Assembly: GCA_043800905.1 (NCBI GenBank)
Contig: JAZDMO010000007.1
Coordinates: forward strand, 1,627 to 65,626
Source: Patescibacteria group bacterium
GTDB lineage: Bacteria > Patescibacteriota > Minisyncoccia > Phycocordibacterales > UBA12079
Direction: 5' to 3'
Length of the DNA stretch: 64,000 bases
The notes below the pieces were generated by a model. The model ran no database searches, was not told where the DNA came from, and saw only the letters and a list, made by a program, of their open reading frames with translations. The position numbers and the translations under genes were made by a program. Position 1 is the first letter of the stretch. Each line of letters opens with the position of its first letter. Shown piece after piece: positions 19,226 through 28,899 of the stretch.

Positions 19226-20050
19226 ATGGAAAAATACCTACTTTATTTTTTTGTTTTTGTTTTGGGAACTATTATTGGTTCTTTTTTGAATGTAGTGATT
19301 TTACGTTTTAAAAAAAATTCTTTAAATGGAAGTTCTTCTTGTCCCCGATGTAAAAAAAATTTAAGATGGTTTGAATTGATTCCAGTTTTAAGCTTCCTTT
19401 TTTTGAAGGGCAGATGTCGCTATTGTCAAAAGAAAATTTCTTGGCAGTATCCTTTAGTAGAAATAGCAACAGGATTATTATTTTTATTTTCTTTTATTTT
19501 TTCCGCCCAAGGCGGATCCGCCTTGGGCGGACAATTTTTCATTAACCTTATTATTTTATGGGTTGTTTTTAGTTTATTGGTAGTAATTTTTGTTTATGAT
19601 TTATACCATAAAATTATTCCTAATATTTTTGTATATCTTTTTATATTATTTTCTTTTTTAAAAGTCATCATAACTTTTCAAAATTTTTCTTTCGGGGCTG
19701 ATATTTGGGCGGGGTTTTTAGTCTCTTTTCCTTTTGCTTTTTTATGGTTTGTTTCAGGAGGAAGGTGGCTTGGTTTTGGAGATGTAAAATTAGCCTTAGG
19801 TATTGGTTGGTTTTTAGGTTTAGTTCAGGGTTCTACTGCAGTTATTTTAGCTGTTTGGATGGGAGCCTTGGTTGGTTTGATTTTGGTTGGTTTAACAAAG
19901 TTATCCGAAAAACATAGATTGTTTTTTAGGCTTAATAATTTTACAATTAAAAGTGAATTACCTTTTGCCCCCTTTTTAATATTAGGTATTGTGATCACTT
20001 TTTTCTTTGACTTAGATGTTTGGGGCTTGGGAGCTTTGCTTCATGGTTAA
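19226..20050 (+). CDS. pilD: Prepilin peptidase/N-methyltransferase PilD (A24)
   Basis: GSFLNVVILR, CPRC...WFELIPVLSF..LKGRCRYC, YPLVE, YDLYHKIIP, LGFGDVKL, PFAPFL. Confidence 0.95.
   Translation: MEKYLLYFFVFVLGTIIGSFLNVVILRFKKNSLNGSSSCPRCKKNLRWFELIPVLSFLFLKGRCRYCQKKISWQYPLVEIATGLLFLFSFIFSAQGGSALGGQFFINLIILWVVFSLLVVIFVYDLYHKIIPNIFVYLFILFSFLKVIITFQNFSFGADIWAGFLVSFPFAFLWFVSGGRWLGFGDVKLALGIGWFLGLVQGSTAVILAVWMGALVGLILVGLTKLSEKHRLFFRLNNFTIKSELPFAPFLILGIVITFFFDLDVWGLGALLHG
19502..19531. repeat. Perfect 30-bp palindrome in-frame inside pilD (SAQGGSALGG)
   Basis: TCCGCCCAAGGCGGA|TCCGCCTTGGGCGGA, GC-rich within an AT-rich gene. Confidence 0.9.
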
Positions 20051-20055
20051 TCTTT

Positions 20056-20631
20056 ATGAAATTTAAATTCTCCAAAATTTTTTTAGGAAATAATCAGAGA
20101 GGATTTTCTTTGATGGAACTTTTAGTGACCATTGCTATTTTAATGGTGGTTTCTGGTTTAGTTTTTTTTAATCAATCACAATTTAATAATAGTACTTTGA
20201 TAGAAAATTTGGCTTATGAAATGTCCTTAGCTATTCGACAAGCCCAGTCTTTCGGCTTACAAGTAAAAGGAATTGGGGCAGATTTTGATAATGGTTATGG
20301 TGTTTATTTTGAAAAGGACTCTGATGAATTTTTAATTTTTTCTGATACCTATCCTGTAACCCCTAATTTTGTTTATGATGACGGTTATGATGAGATTATT
20401 GATCGCTTGAAGATGACCAACAAAAATCGTATAGACTATTTATGTATTGATGAAAATTGTTTAGTTGATACCTTGAATATTAGTTTTAAAAGACCAAATC
20501 CCAATGCAATTATTAAAGTTGATGATTCGGGAACAGAAGGTTCAGAGGGATCCATTCATATTATTTCACCGAAGGGTTTAGAAAAGAATATTAATGTGAA
20601 TGGCGTTGGCCAAATTTATATAGGATCGTAA
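20056..20631 (+). CDS. Minor pilin (FimT/GspH-like)
   Basis: RG|FSLMELLVTIAIL...LAYEMSLAIRQAQSFG; likely start at MKFKF. Confidence 0.85.
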   Translation: MKFKFSKIFLGNNQRGFSLMELLVTIAILMVVSGLVFFNQSQFNNSTLIENLAYEMSLAIRQAQSFGLQVKGIGADFDNGYGVYFEKDSDEFLIFSDTYPVTPNFVYDDGYDEIIDRLKMTNKNRIDYLCIDENCLVDTLNISFKRPNPNAIIKVDDSGTEGSEGSIHIISPKGLEKNINVNGVGQIYIGS

Positions 20632-20651
20632 AAGTCAAAAAACATTAAAGC

Positions 20652-21371
20652 ATGAAAATATTAAAACAAAAATTAAAAAGAATTAATTCTCTAGAATATC
20701 AGATGGGGTTTATCCTGTCAGTAATTTTTAAAAATATGATTAATTTTTTAAAAAACAAAACGACTAAAATATTCAAAGATAAAAAAGAGGGTTCTTTGAA
20801 ATTTCAAACAGGGTTTACATTGGTGGAAATGATTACAGCTGTAGCAATTTTTGCTTTGGTGATGGTTGTGGCTATGGGTTCTTTATTGAATGTCCTATCT
20901 GCTAATAGACAAAGCCAAGCAATTCAAACCGCAGTGAATAACCTTAATCTTGCAATGGAAACCATGTCTCGTGAGATTAGAACAGGTTACAATTATCATT
21001 GTGGTTCCTGTTTTGGGTCAGATTGTACTACTGATAATGACTGCCCCGCAGGTGATTCTTCTATTGCCTTTGAACCTTATAATGGGAATCCCTCTTCTTA
21101 TAGTGATCAAGTAATTTTTATGTTTGATCAGGATAATCAACAGATTCTAAAATCGACTAACAACGGAGATGATTATTTAGGATTAACTTCTCCTGAATTA
21201 CATGTGGAAGATTTGACTTTTATTGTAGTCGGTTCGGATCCTAGTGATACTAGACATCCTAAGGTCTTAATTACCGCTAGCGGTTATGTTCAAAGCGATT
21301 CTAATACTCAAACTTCTTTTAACTTACAAACAACAGTTTCTCAAAGGTTAATTGATTTTGATTTATGGTAA
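20652..21371 (+). CDS. Minor pilin (PilW/GspJ-like) with a leader extended by module C
   Basis: TG|FTLVEMITAVAIF...NLAMETMSREIRTG...FNLQTTVSQR. Confidence 0.87.
   Translation: MKILKQKLKRINSLEYQMGFILSVIFKNMINFLKNKTTKIFKDKKEGSLKFQTGFTLVEMITAVAIFALVMVVAMGSLLNVLSANRQSQAIQTAVNNLNLAMETMSREIRTGYNYHCGSCFGSDCTTDNDCPAGDSSIAFEPYNGNPSSYSDQVIFMFDQDNQQILKSTNNGDDYLGLTSPELHVEDLTFIVVGSDPSDTRHPKVLITASGYVQSDSNTQTSFNLQTTVSQRLIDFDLW
20712..20816 (+). repeat. 105-bp leader module C
   Basis: Near-identical to 21638-21742; bounded by GGGT-TT-A junctions 105 nt apart. Confidence 0.95.
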
Positions 21372-22219
21372 AAATAATGAATTTAAAAAATAAAAAACAA
21401 GATTCTTTGAAATTCCAATCGGGGTTTACCCCGTCAGAAATTTTTAGTAGTTTGCTATCTATAATAAGAAACAAAATGAAAAAAAATCTTTTTAATAAAA
21501 AACAAGATTCTTTGAAATATCAGACGGGGTTTACCCCATCAGAAATTTTTATAAAGATATTTGGTAATATAAAGAAAAAAATAAGCAGGTTTTTAAAAAA
21601 TGAAAAGCAAGGTTTTGTAGAATATCAGACGGGGTTTACCCTGTCAGTAATTTTTAAAAATATGATTAATTTTTTAAAAAACAAAACGACTAAAATATTC
21701 AAAGATAAAAAAGTGGGTTCTTTGAAATTTCAAACAGGGTTTACCCTGATAGAAACTTTTGTGGCTGTTACGGTTTTGTTGATTGCCATCACCGGTCCTT
21801 TGTATTTAGTAGCAAAAGGTTTGTCAGTTTCTAAATCTGCTAAAAATCAGGTGACAGCTATGTATTTGGCTCAAGAAGCTGTTGAATATATTCGAAATAT
21901 TCGAGATGAAAATATTTTAAAAGGTCAGGATTGGCTGACTGGTTTAGATTATTGTTTAAATGGTAGTAAGTGTGCTATTGATTCGCCTCAAGAAGAAATC
22001 CTCTTGTGTTCGGGAGTTTGTAATTTTTTGAAATATGATGAAGATAAATATCTTTATACCTATTCCAGCGGGACAGCTAGTCCTTTTCGTCGAGAAATTA
22101 GTCTTTTACCTATTGGCAACACTGGGACAGAGGTAGAAATTTTAGTTGATATGTATTGGAATGATGGACCAAATCAAAAAGATTTTGAGGTTAGAGAACA
22201 TTTGTTGAATTGGCAATAA
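21365..22219 (+). CDS. Minor pilin (PilV/GspI-like) with a leader extended by modules B, A and C
   Basis: TG|FTLIETFVAVTVLL...AMYLAQEAVEYIRNIRD...LLNW. Confidence 0.87.
   Translation: MVKIMNLKNKKQDSLKFQSGFTPSEIFSSLLSIIRNKMKKNLFNKKQDSLKYQTGFTPSEIFIKIFGNIKKKISRFLKNEKQGFVEYQTGFTLSVIFKNMINFLKNKTTKIFKDKKVGSLKFQTGFTLIETFVAVTVLLIAITGPLYLVAKGLSVSKSAKNQVTAMYLAQEAVEYIRNIRDENILKGQDWLTGLDYCLNGSKCAIDSPQEEILLCSGVCNFLKYDEDKYLYTYSSGTASPFRREISLLPIGNTGTEVEILVDMYWNDGPNQKDFEVREHLLNWQ
21428..21742 (+). repeat. Three tandem 105-bp leader modules (B 21428-21532, A 21533-21637, C 21638-21742)
   Basis: Junctions at 21428, 21533, 21638 and 21743, each GGGT-TT-ACC. Confidence 0.95.
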
Positions 22220-22275
22220 GGTTAGTAGATTAGAGAACTTAGATAAATTTAGAGAATTAGGATAAAAAATAAAAA

Positions 22276-22833
22276 ATGTTTAATTTAAGAAAAATATTAA
22301 AACAAAATAAAAAAATAAACAAAGAAAATTTACGAAGTAAATTTTCTCCTTTACGAAATTTCAACTTTATGAACCTTAAGACTAGTTCTGGATTTGTTTC
22401 TATGATTGCCTTATTATTAGCAAATATTTTTTTGATAATTGGTTTGTCCGTTTTTAATATTGCTTTAAGAGAATTTACTCTTTCCTCTGGCTCGCGGGAA
22501 TCTCTTTTTGCTTTTTATGCAGCTGATGGAGGAATGGAATGTGCTTTATATTGGGATTTAAAAGAAGGTGTTTTTGCTACTAGTACTTCTGCTACAGAAT
22601 TAAATTGTAATAACCAGACTATTGCCATAACCTCTGATAGGTCTGTGGCTGGAGATGGAAGAGAGAATTCTTTTAGCTATAGTTTTATAGAAGGTGAGTT
22701 AAATTCACCTTGTGTTACTGTTTATTTAAATAAAAAAGATGATGGAGGGACTGTTATCCGCTCTTATGGTAAAAATTCTTGTGATGAAAGCAATAATCGA
22801 CGAGTAGAAAGAGCTTGGCAAGTGACTTATTAA
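22276..22833 (+). CDS. Minor pilin PilX/GspK-like
   Basis: SG|FVSMIALL (no E5), RESLFAFYAADGGMECALYWD, IRSYG...RRVERA. Confidence 0.82.
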   Translation: MFNLRKILKQNKKINKENLRSKFSPLRNFNFMNLKTSSGFVSMIALLLANIFLIIGLSVFNIALREFTLSSGSRESLFAFYAADGGMECALYWDLKEGVFATSTSATELNCNNQTIAITSDRSVAGDGRENSFSYSFIEGELNSPCVTVYLNKKDDGGTVIRSYGKNSCDESNNRRVERAWQVTY

Positions 22834-22903
22834 ACAAAAGATCTTAAAATATAAAAATATGGCGAACGGAGTTTCAGCTTCGTTCGTCTTGTTTTTAGCT
22901 TAA

Positions 22904-24943
<2,040 letters not shown>

Positions 24944-24946
24944 ATA

Positions 24947-24983
24947 AAAAGACGGGCGAGGCTTTAGCCTCGCCCGTCTTTTT
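24947..24983 (+). terminator. Intrinsic terminator
   Basis: AAAAGACGGGCGAGGC-TTTA-GCCTCGCCCGTCTTTTT. Confidence 0.8.
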
Positions 24984-25186
24984 ATTTCTATCGTTTTTTT
25001 GAATCTACTATTTTTTGATTGTTTTAATAATAGATTCTGAAAAATGTATAAATTGTTGTTGAGATGATATAAATTGTTTCCATAATTTTTATAGATATTT
25101 AAGTATCTATAATATATATTATATAACAGTATGCTTGTGTTTGTCAAGTGTTTTAAAAACAATGGTTTTGGGCTATAATTAGAACT

Positions 25187-25465
25187 ATGGAAATACAAAA
25201 TATAGAGAATTTAGCTAATTTGTGTCGAATAAAATTATCTGAAAGTGAAAAACAAGAGCTCTTAAATGAAATGGGCTCTATTCTTAATTTTATTGAACAA
25301 ATTCAACAGGTGAAGACTGAAGATCTAAAAAATGAAGCGGGAGAACTAAGAAATGTGATGCGAGATGATGAAGCTTTAAATAAAGGAGGTGAATTTACTG
25401 ATGCTATTTTAGCTGAAGCACCGAATCGAGAAGGACAATATATTAAAGTAAAAAAAATACTTTAA
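25187..25465 (+). CDS. gatC: Asp/Glu-tRNA amidotransferase subunit C
   Basis: LANLCRIKLS, ILNFIEQI, NVMRDD, APNREGQYIKVKKIL; upstream of gatA. Confidence 0.92.
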   Translation: MEIQNIENLANLCRIKLSESEKQELLNEMGSILNFIEQIQQVKTEDLKNEAGELRNVMRDDEALNKGGEFTDAILAEAPNREGQYIKVKKIL

Positions 25466-25479
25466 CATATTTTTCAAAT

Positions 25480-25620
25480 GTTGGATTGCCACGATTAAAT
25501 TTTTATTAAAAAATTTAATCTCGCAAAGACGGATTTTGCAAAGCAAAATTCGTTAGGAAAATCAAAGATTTTCGTCTTTGCGAGGAGTGAAGTGAAACGG
25601 AACGACGAAGCAATCCAGTA
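25480..25620. repeat. Inverted pair of REP-like elements between gatC and gatA
   Basis: GGATTGCCACG...CTCGCAAAGACG and CGTCTTTGCGAGG...GAAGCAATCCAG. Confidence 0.85.
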
Positions 25621-25642
25621 TAAAAATAAATTAAATACAATT

Positions 25643-27070
25643 ATGAAAATAGACTTACAAAACTTAACAATCAAAAAAGCGCATGAGGCCATGAAAGCTG
25701 GCGAATATACGGCTCAAGATTTAGCTCAAGCTTATTTAGACAATATTGATGAAAGTCTAAATGCTTTCCTTGTGGTTTTTGATGATGTTTTAGAACAAGC
25801 TAAAAAAGCGGATGAAAAATTTAAAGATGGAACAGCCGAGTTATTGACAGGAATCCCGATGGCAATTAAAAATAATATTTTGATTGAAGGGAAAAAAACC
25901 ACAGCTGGTTCAAAAATTTTAGAAAATTATCGTGCCACTTATGATGCTACTGTCATTAAAAAATTAAAAAGAGCGGGAGTGGTATTTATTGGCGGAACTA
26001 ACTTAGATGAATTTGCTATGGGTTCTTCCACAGAAAATTCAGCTTTTGGTGTGGTAAAAAATCCTTATGACATTACACGAGTTCCGGGAGGTTCTTCGGG
26101 TGGATCAGCAGTGGCAGTCGCAGCTAATATGGCTTTAGTAGCTTTAGGAACTGATACGGGTGGTTCTATTCGTCAGCCAGCTGGTTTTACTGGTCTTTAT
26201 GGTTTAAAGACTACCTACGGACGAGTTTCTCGTTATGGAGCGATTGCTATGGGATCTTCTTTGGATCAAATAGGACCTTTTGCTAAAAATATTGATGATT
26301 TAAAAATTGTTTATGATTGTATTAAAGGTGAAGACAAAAATGACAGCACCTCATTGTCTAAAAGAATAATAGAAAAAGAAGAAATAAAAATTGATTTAGC
26401 TAAAATTAAAACTATCGGAGTGCCAATGTCATTTTTGGAAGGAGTGGATGAAGATGTCAAAAAAAACTTTGAAAAATCAGTGGAAAAATTAAAAACTCTT
26501 GGTTACGAAATTAAGAATATAGATTTGCCAAATGTGAATCATATTTTGGCTGTTTATTATATAGTGATGTTTGCAGAGGTTTCTACTAACTTAGCGCGTT
26601 TTGACGGGGTGCGTTATGGTTTGCATGTGGAAGGAGAAAATCTTTTAGAGAATTACAAAAAAACTAAAGGACAGGGTTTTGGAAAGGAGGTGCGTCGCAG
26701 AATTATGTTGGGAACCTATATTTTATCGGCAGGTTATAAAGATGCTTATTACAAAAAAGCTCAAGCCTTGAGAGAACTAATTAAAAGAGATTTTAAAAAA
26801 GCTTTTGAAGGAGTAGGCGCTATAATAACTCCGACTTCACCTACTCCGGCTTTTAAAATTGGAGAAAAAGCGAGTGACCCTTTGCAAATGTATTTAGCTG
26901 ATGTATTTACTGTGCCTGCAAACGTGGTTGGTATTCCAGCAATTTCTGTACCAGAAGGAGAAGTAGAGCGAGATGGAAAAAAATTACCGACTGGCTTATT
27001 GGTGAGTGCTCCTTATTTGCATGAAAATGTTTTATTTAAGATAAGCGAAGACTTACAAAATATTTCTTAA
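25643..27070 (+). CDS. gatA: Asp/Glu-tRNA amidotransferase subunit A
   Basis: TNLDEFAMGSSTENS, PGGSSGGSA, LGTDTGGSIRQPA, RFDGVRYG; start moved to ATG 25643 because the ORF-track extension lies in a repeat. Confidence 0.97.
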   Translation: MKIDLQNLTIKKAHEAMKAGEYTAQDLAQAYLDNIDESLNAFLVVFDDVLEQAKKADEKFKDGTAELLTGIPMAIKNNILIEGKKTTAGSKILENYRATYDATVIKKLKRAGVVFIGGTNLDEFAMGSSTENSAFGVVKNPYDITRVPGGSSGGSAVAVAANMALVALGTDTGGSIRQPAGFTGLYGLKTTYGRVSRYGAIAMGSSLDQIGPFAKNIDDLKIVYDCIKGEDKNDSTSLSKRIIEKEEIKIDLAKIKTIGVPMSFLEGVDEDVKKNFEKSVEKLKTLGYEIKNIDLPNVNHILAVYYIVMFAEVSTNLARFDGVRYGLHVEGENLLENYKKTKGQGFGKEVRRRIMLGTYILSAGYKDAYYKKAQALRELIKRDFKKAFEGVGAIITPTSPTPAFKIGEKASDPLQMYLADVFTVPANVVGIPAISVPEGEVERDGKKLPTGLLVSAPYLHENVLFKISEDLQNIS

Positions 27071-27210
27071 GAAATACTTTGAATTATAAATTTAAAATTT
27101 TAAATTATAAAATGGCGAGGCTTTAACTTTTCCTCCTTTTGTCTTTTTAAATATACTTTTTCACTTTTAGCTTTTCCTTTTTAGTTTTTGGTTGTGTTAT
27201 AATTTATTAT

Positions 27211-27795
27211 ATGGAGCATATTGACTTTTTAAATATTCAGCAAATATATTATTGGATTTATCTTTTAATTAAAAATATTTTTTATTTTTTAAATCCGGCT
27301 CACTTAATTGAGTTTTTTTATGAATACTGGCCTATATTCATGTTCTATTCTTTTTTTATTTCAGGGGCTTTGTTTTTGGGAATTATTTATACTTATAAAA
27401 AAAGAGCGATTGTTCTTGAGGCTAACGCAAAAATATTTGATACTGTAATTTCAGGAGCTGGTTTTTCAAACGGTGAAATTAAAAATGAACGTTGGGAAAA
27501 GATTTTACAACAGATTAATTCTGAATCACAGTCTGATTGGAAAATGGCCATTATTGATGCCGATGTAATTTTGGATGAAATTTTAGTTAGTTCTGGATAT
27601 CATGGAGATTCTTTAGGAGAAAGATTGAGGAGTGTTGAGATTAGCGATTTTACAACTTTGAATAGTGCTTGGGAAGCCCACAAAATAAGAAATATGATAG
27701 CTCATGGAGGAGCTGATGCTATGTTGACTAGTCGAATGGCAAAAAGAGCAATTTCTTTATATAAAGAAGTTTTTGAAGAATTTGAATATATCTAA
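27211..27795 (+). CDS. Conserved hypothetical membrane protein
   Basis: TM helix; DWKMAIIDADVILD...SLGERL...AWEAHKIRNMIAH (RxxxxH, HEPN-like motif). Confidence 0.75.
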   Translation: MEHIDFLNIQQIYYWIYLLIKNIFYFLNPAHLIEFFYEYWPIFMFYSFFISGALFLGIIYTYKKRAIVLEANAKIFDTVISGAGFSNGEIKNERWEKILQQINSESQSDWKMAIIDADVILDEILVSSGYHGDSLGERLRSVEISDFTTLNSAWEAHKIRNMIAHGGADAMLTSRMAKRAISLYKEVFEEFEYI

Positions 27796-27998
27796 ATTAG
27801 TAAGTTAGTTATTAGATAAACTTAGTTTTTAGGAGGCGAGCTGTAGGTCCGCCTCCATACTTTTCAATATTTTTTGTTTGATTTTTCACGTTTTTTGTTA
27901 TATATTACATAGGTTAGTTAAAAGTTTTGAGGCAAGAAAAATCACAAAGTAATTTTTTCTAATTCTCTAAAAACTAAAAGCTAATCTACTAAACATAT

Positions 27999-28048
27999 CG
28001 CGGGATGGTGTAGTGGTCGCACGCATGAGTCTTATGACTCATAACCTC
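27999..28048 (+). pseudogene. Degenerate 5' duplicate of the adjacent tRNA-Met
   Basis: First 25 nt identical to 28095-28119, then an ATGAGTC-TTAT-GACTCAT hairpin; no T arm or 3' acceptor strand. Confidence 0.75.
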
Positions 28049-28094
28049 AAAGGAGGTTAGATTGTTTATAAAATTGAAAGTTGAAAACATATAT

Positions 28095-28165
28095 CGCGGG
28101 ATGGTGTAGTGGTCGCACGGGAGGCTCATAACCTCCAGGGGTTTGTTCGATTCAAACTTCCGCAA
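28095..28165 (+). tRNA. tRNA-Met(CAT), initiator type
   Basis: CGCGGGA/TTCCGCA acceptor with C1:A72 mismatch; GGAGG-CTCATAA-CCTCC; GTTTG-TTCGATT-CAAAC. Confidence 0.88.
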
Positions 28166-28261
28166 CAAGTAAACAAAACCACCTTAATTAAGGTGGTTTT
28201 GTTTTGGGAAGTATTTAAAATTTTTTGTAAATATGTTATATTGTTTTTCGTATTAATAAAT

Positions 28262-28335
28262 GTCGGCGTAGCTCAGTTGGTTAGAGCGCAGCACTCATAA
28301 AGCTGAGGTCGAAGGTTCAACTCCTTCCGTCGACA
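28262..28335 (+). tRNA. tRNA with CAT anticodon (elongator Met or Ile2)
   Basis: GTCGGCG/CGTCGAC acceptor, TAGCTCAGTTGGTTAGAGC D arm, CTCATAA loop, GGTTCAACTCC T arm. Confidence 0.88.
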
Positions 28336-28386
28336 CACAGATTGTTGAGAAAATTAAGGATATCTGTTAAAGTATGTGTGCACTTT

Positions 28387-28460
28387 GCGGGTGTAGCTCA
28401 GCTGGTTAGAGCGTCCGCCTGTCACGCGGAAGGTCGAGGGTTCAAGTCCCTTCACTCGCG
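28387..28460 (+). tRNA. tRNA-Asp(GTC)
   Basis: GCGGGTG/CACTCGC acceptor; TCCGC-CTGTCAC-GCGGA; G73 discriminator. Confidence 0.95.
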
Positions 28461-28551
28461 CAAAATTAAAAAACTGAAACTTTTTGTTTCGGTTTTTTAA
28501 TTTATATTGAAAATATATAGTTTTTCATATATTATTTAAATTGGTTTAAAA

Positions 28552-28627
28552 GCCAATGTAGCTCAGTTGGTAGAGCACCCCCATGGTCAGGGGGAGGTCT
28601 GCGGTTCAATCCCGCACATTGGCTCCA
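28552..28627 (+). tRNA. tRNA-Thr(GGT)
   Basis: GCCAATG/CATTGGC acceptor, encoded CCA; CCCCC-ATGGTCA-GGGGG anticodon arm. Confidence 0.9.
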
Positions 28628-28648
28628 ATTATAGAGGAGATGAGTTTC

Positions 28649-28721
28649 GCCCTCTTAGCTCATCTGGTAGAGCAACGGTATCGTAAATCGTAGGTGGTCG
28701 GTTCAAGTCCGACAGAGGGCT
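28649..28721 (+). tRNA. tRNA-Thr(CGT)
   Basis: GCCCTCT/AGAGGGC acceptor; ACGGT-ATCGTAA-ATCGT; GTCGG-TTCAAGT-CCGAC. Confidence 0.92.
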
Positions 28722-28899
28722 CAATAGATATTTTGGTAGTCGCCTCATCGGCGACCCGCTGGAGAGGAGGGTTCAATTCTGCGAGGTGACTCATGAGTTT
28801 TAATTATATATTTCAGAATGACATTCTATCATTCTATAGAATGATAGAATGTCTTTAAATTAGCTGGATACAAAATACCAAATACTATATACTAATTTC

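Noticed and set aside
17530-21745. Leader-module arrays as a CRISPR array
   Set aside because: The period is 105 bp, the 'spacers' are reused between loci, the arrays are in-frame within pilin genes, and no cas genes are in the window.
25495-25692. ORF 25495-25692(-) and the 17-aa N-terminal extension of gatA
   Set aside because: Both lie in the gatC-gatA repeat pair or antisense to gatA; GatA-like sequence starts at 25643.
28109-28300. 63-aa ORF
   Set aside because: Overlaps two tRNA genes.
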